Shown here: positions 47,159-49,071 of the stretch, in pieces
How the letters are laid out: the number at the start of each line of letters is the position of its first letter
Position numbering within the stretch: the stretch's first letter is position 1
Sequence record: SRR31156797_8627
Length of the DNA: 49,071 bases
Reading direction: 5' to 3' (one strand)
Notes under the pieces: generated by a model
Databases searched by the model: none
Told to the model about the DNA's origin: nothing
What the model saw: only the letters and a program-made list of their open reading frames with translations
Position numbers and translations under genes: made by a program

Positions 47159-48091
47159 ATGAGCAAAACTAATCCGTCCAATCTTGATCTGAATTTATTA
47201 GTCATACTCGACACAATATTTACCGAGCGAAGCCTGACCCTTGCCGGTAATAAACTGTTCATGACCCAGTCTGCGGTCAGCCATGCCCTTTCCAAACTGC
47301 GCCATCACTTTGATGACCGCCTCTTTGTCCGCCGGGGCAATATCATGGAACCGACTCCACTCTGTAAAACAATACACCGCAATATCGCCCCCAGCCTGAA
47401 AGCCATAAACCAGTCACTAGCCGACCGGGGGGAATTCTCCCCGGCATTATCCAAAAGGACATTCAGCCTTGGACTTAGTGATTATCTTTGCAAGCTGCTG
47501 CTTCCGGGCATCTTAAGGATTATTGAAAACAGGGCTCCCGGAATTTCCATTCGCATAATGCAGACCACCTATGAAAAAAGGGAGGAAATGCTTCAAAATG
47601 GTAAACTGGATGTTTTTCTTGGCTGTCCTAGAAATTATGGAGCCGGAGTTCTCAAGGAAAAACTATTTGAAGACAGAGAGGTTTGTGTAGTCCGCAATGA
47701 TCACCCAATCCAAGGCGAAGTAATGAATGAAGAAGAAATGGCCGATAGTGAATTTGCGGCCCTTTCACTTTCAGAATCCGGGCTGGGATTTCTTGAAGAC
47801 TACCTTTACCGTAAAGGAGTGCAGAGAAAAATCAAGATTGTGTTGCAGCAGGAGACAGTAATCCCTTCACTGGTAGAAAATTCAGACCTTGTCGGAAGTG
47901 TAGCCCAGCGTCTGGCAGAATTGTATGCAGCAAAGGGACGTTTACGCATAGTCAGGATGCCGTTGAAAAACACCGGATTTGAAATCTCTCAGCACTGGCA
48001 TTCATTAAACGATAATGATCCTGCGCAACAATGGATACGATCGGTAATTAAGGAAGTTGCAGATTCATTGCCAGTATTGAACTCAACTTAA
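47159..48091 (+). CDS. LysR family transcriptional regulator
   Basis: LDLNLL..ERSLT.AG..L.MTQSAVSHAL.KLR..FDDRLF HTH; divergent from EamA gene. Confidence 0.95.
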   Translation: MSKTNPSNLDLNLLVILDTIFTERSLTLAGNKLFMTQSAVSHALSKLRHHFDDRLFVRRGNIMEPTPLCKTIHRNIAPSLKAINQSLADRGEFSPALSKRTFSLGLSDYLCKLLLPGILRIIENRAPGISIRIMQTTYEKREEMLQNGKLDVFLGCPRNYGAGVLKEKLFEDREVCVVRNDHPIQGEVMNEEEMADSEFAALSLSESGLGFLEDYLYRKGVQRKIKIVLQQETVIPSLVENSDLVGSVAQRLAELYAAKGRLRIVRMPLKNTGFEISQHWHSLNDNDPAQQWIRSVIKEVADSLPVLNST

Positions 48092-48240
48092 AATCTTTAT
48101 TACAAATTAGCGATAAAGATGTTAGAATTTCAAGTGAAAACCATATTTCCGATGCTATCTACTTGCGCAATATTCTTTTTTTATTTTATATAAATTTATA
48201 ACTAACAAGCCTAATACATTTCCCGCAACAAGGAGAAAAC

Positions 48241-49071
48241 ATGCCAGAGAAACTAAAACTGACTTTATCCATAGCTGTAATTTTTCTGATGGCCGTTGCT
48301 TCGGTTATCATGGCTGCTTTTTTCCCGGCTGCTGAATCTGGAATTTCTTTCGCACAAATAATTATTCTCTGTGTTGCTCTTGCAGCAACTGTACTAGCAT
48401 TTGTATCCCTTAATTCAGGGTTAAACAGCCAATTGGAGACTCTTCGCAACTACCTAATTGAGCTGACCAAAGGCAAAACAAAAACTTCCATTCCTGCCAG
48501 TCTTGACGATGAGTTTAATGAAGTTGCCCAAAAAGCCGGAAAAGCCACCCAAGAACTGGCTGAGAACTTCCGTAAAGCAAAAGATGAATCAGACAGCCTG
48601 CGCAACCGGCTGAACAACGCTGAATCAGAAGCTGAAAACGCCCGCAAGGAACTTGCAGAACAAAAAGAAGTCCTTGAATCCATCAACAAATCGGCTGCAA
48701 ATGCCGGCGGCATATCAGGAAAACTTTTCGCGGGAATTGAAGAACTCAGTGCACAGGTCAATCAGGTAAACGCAGGCATGGAACTGCAGCGTGACCGTGT
48801 AACCGAGACTGCAACCGCAATGGAAGAAATGAACAGCACAGTTCTTGAAGTTGCCCAGAACGCAGGACTTGCAGCCAACAGCTCTGCCCAATCCAAAGAC
48901 AACGCAGTTCATGGGGCGAAGGGCGTAACTGAAGCCATCCAATCTTTTGAGCAGATCAAAAACACCATCCTAAATCTCAAGGGAACCATGGGCTCCTTGG
49001 GCGAACAGGCAGATAACATCGGCCAGATCATGACAGTCATTACCGATATTGCCGACCAGACCAACCTGCTG
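48241..49071 (+). CDS. Methyl-accepting chemotaxis protein (truncated by window end)
   Basis: Not in ORF track. AGGAGA SD, ATG 48241, open to the end; two N-terminal TMs, TATAMEEMNSTVLEVAQNA and IADQTNLL MCP motifs. Confidence 0.93.
   Translation, partial: MPEKLKLTLSIAVIFLMAVASVIMAAFFPAAESGISFAQIIILCVALAATVLAFVSLNSGLNSQLETLRNYLIELTKGKTKTSIPASLDDEFNEVAQKAGKATQELAENFRKAKDESDSLRNRLNNAESEAENARKELAEQKEVLESINKSAANAGGISGKLFAGIEELSAQVNQVNAGMELQRDRVTETATAMEEMNSTVLEVAQNAGLAANSSAQSKDNAVHGAKGVTEAIQSFEQIKNTILNLKGTMGSLGEQADNIGQIMTVITDIADQTNLL

Noticed and set aside
48186-48942. Three minus-strand ORFs at the window end
   Set aside because: Antisense to the plus-strand MCP gene that the track missed because it has no stop inside the window

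Overview
A 49 kb core-chromosome window with no phage, IS, CRISPR, rRNA or tRNA detected. The gene content and style suggest a sulfate-reducing Desulfovibrionaceae member, Maridesulfovibrio-like (inferred, not searched). Left to right: a DAK2-DegV (FakA-FakB) fusion; an RND efflux pair; two tandem STAS anti-anti-sigma paralogs; a receiver + PEP-synthase-like ATP-grasp protein downstream of gdhA; a Na+/solute symporter with its small accessory protein; an alpha/beta hydrolase; a stand-alone HsdR-N-like protein; an MFS transporter; feoAB; a secreted penicillin-V-acylase-like Ntn hydrolase; a 13-gene complex-I-like operon lacking NuoEFG but carrying four antiporter-like subunits; two c-di-GMP enzymes; several small stress/regulatory genes; a transglutaminase-like lipoprotein; an orphan ilvN-ptb pair; an SBP; an EamA/LysR pair; and a truncated MCP. 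Four notable signals are absent from the ORF track. (1) A 27-aa Phe-rich leader peptide with a complete antiterminator/terminator upstream of the symporter. (2) A promoter-to-terminator ~180-nt sRNA candidate at 35.6-35.8 kb. (3) An ~85-nt GGA-rich sRNA or leader upstream of the MFS gene. (4) A duplicated Fur-box promoter module upstream of feoA.
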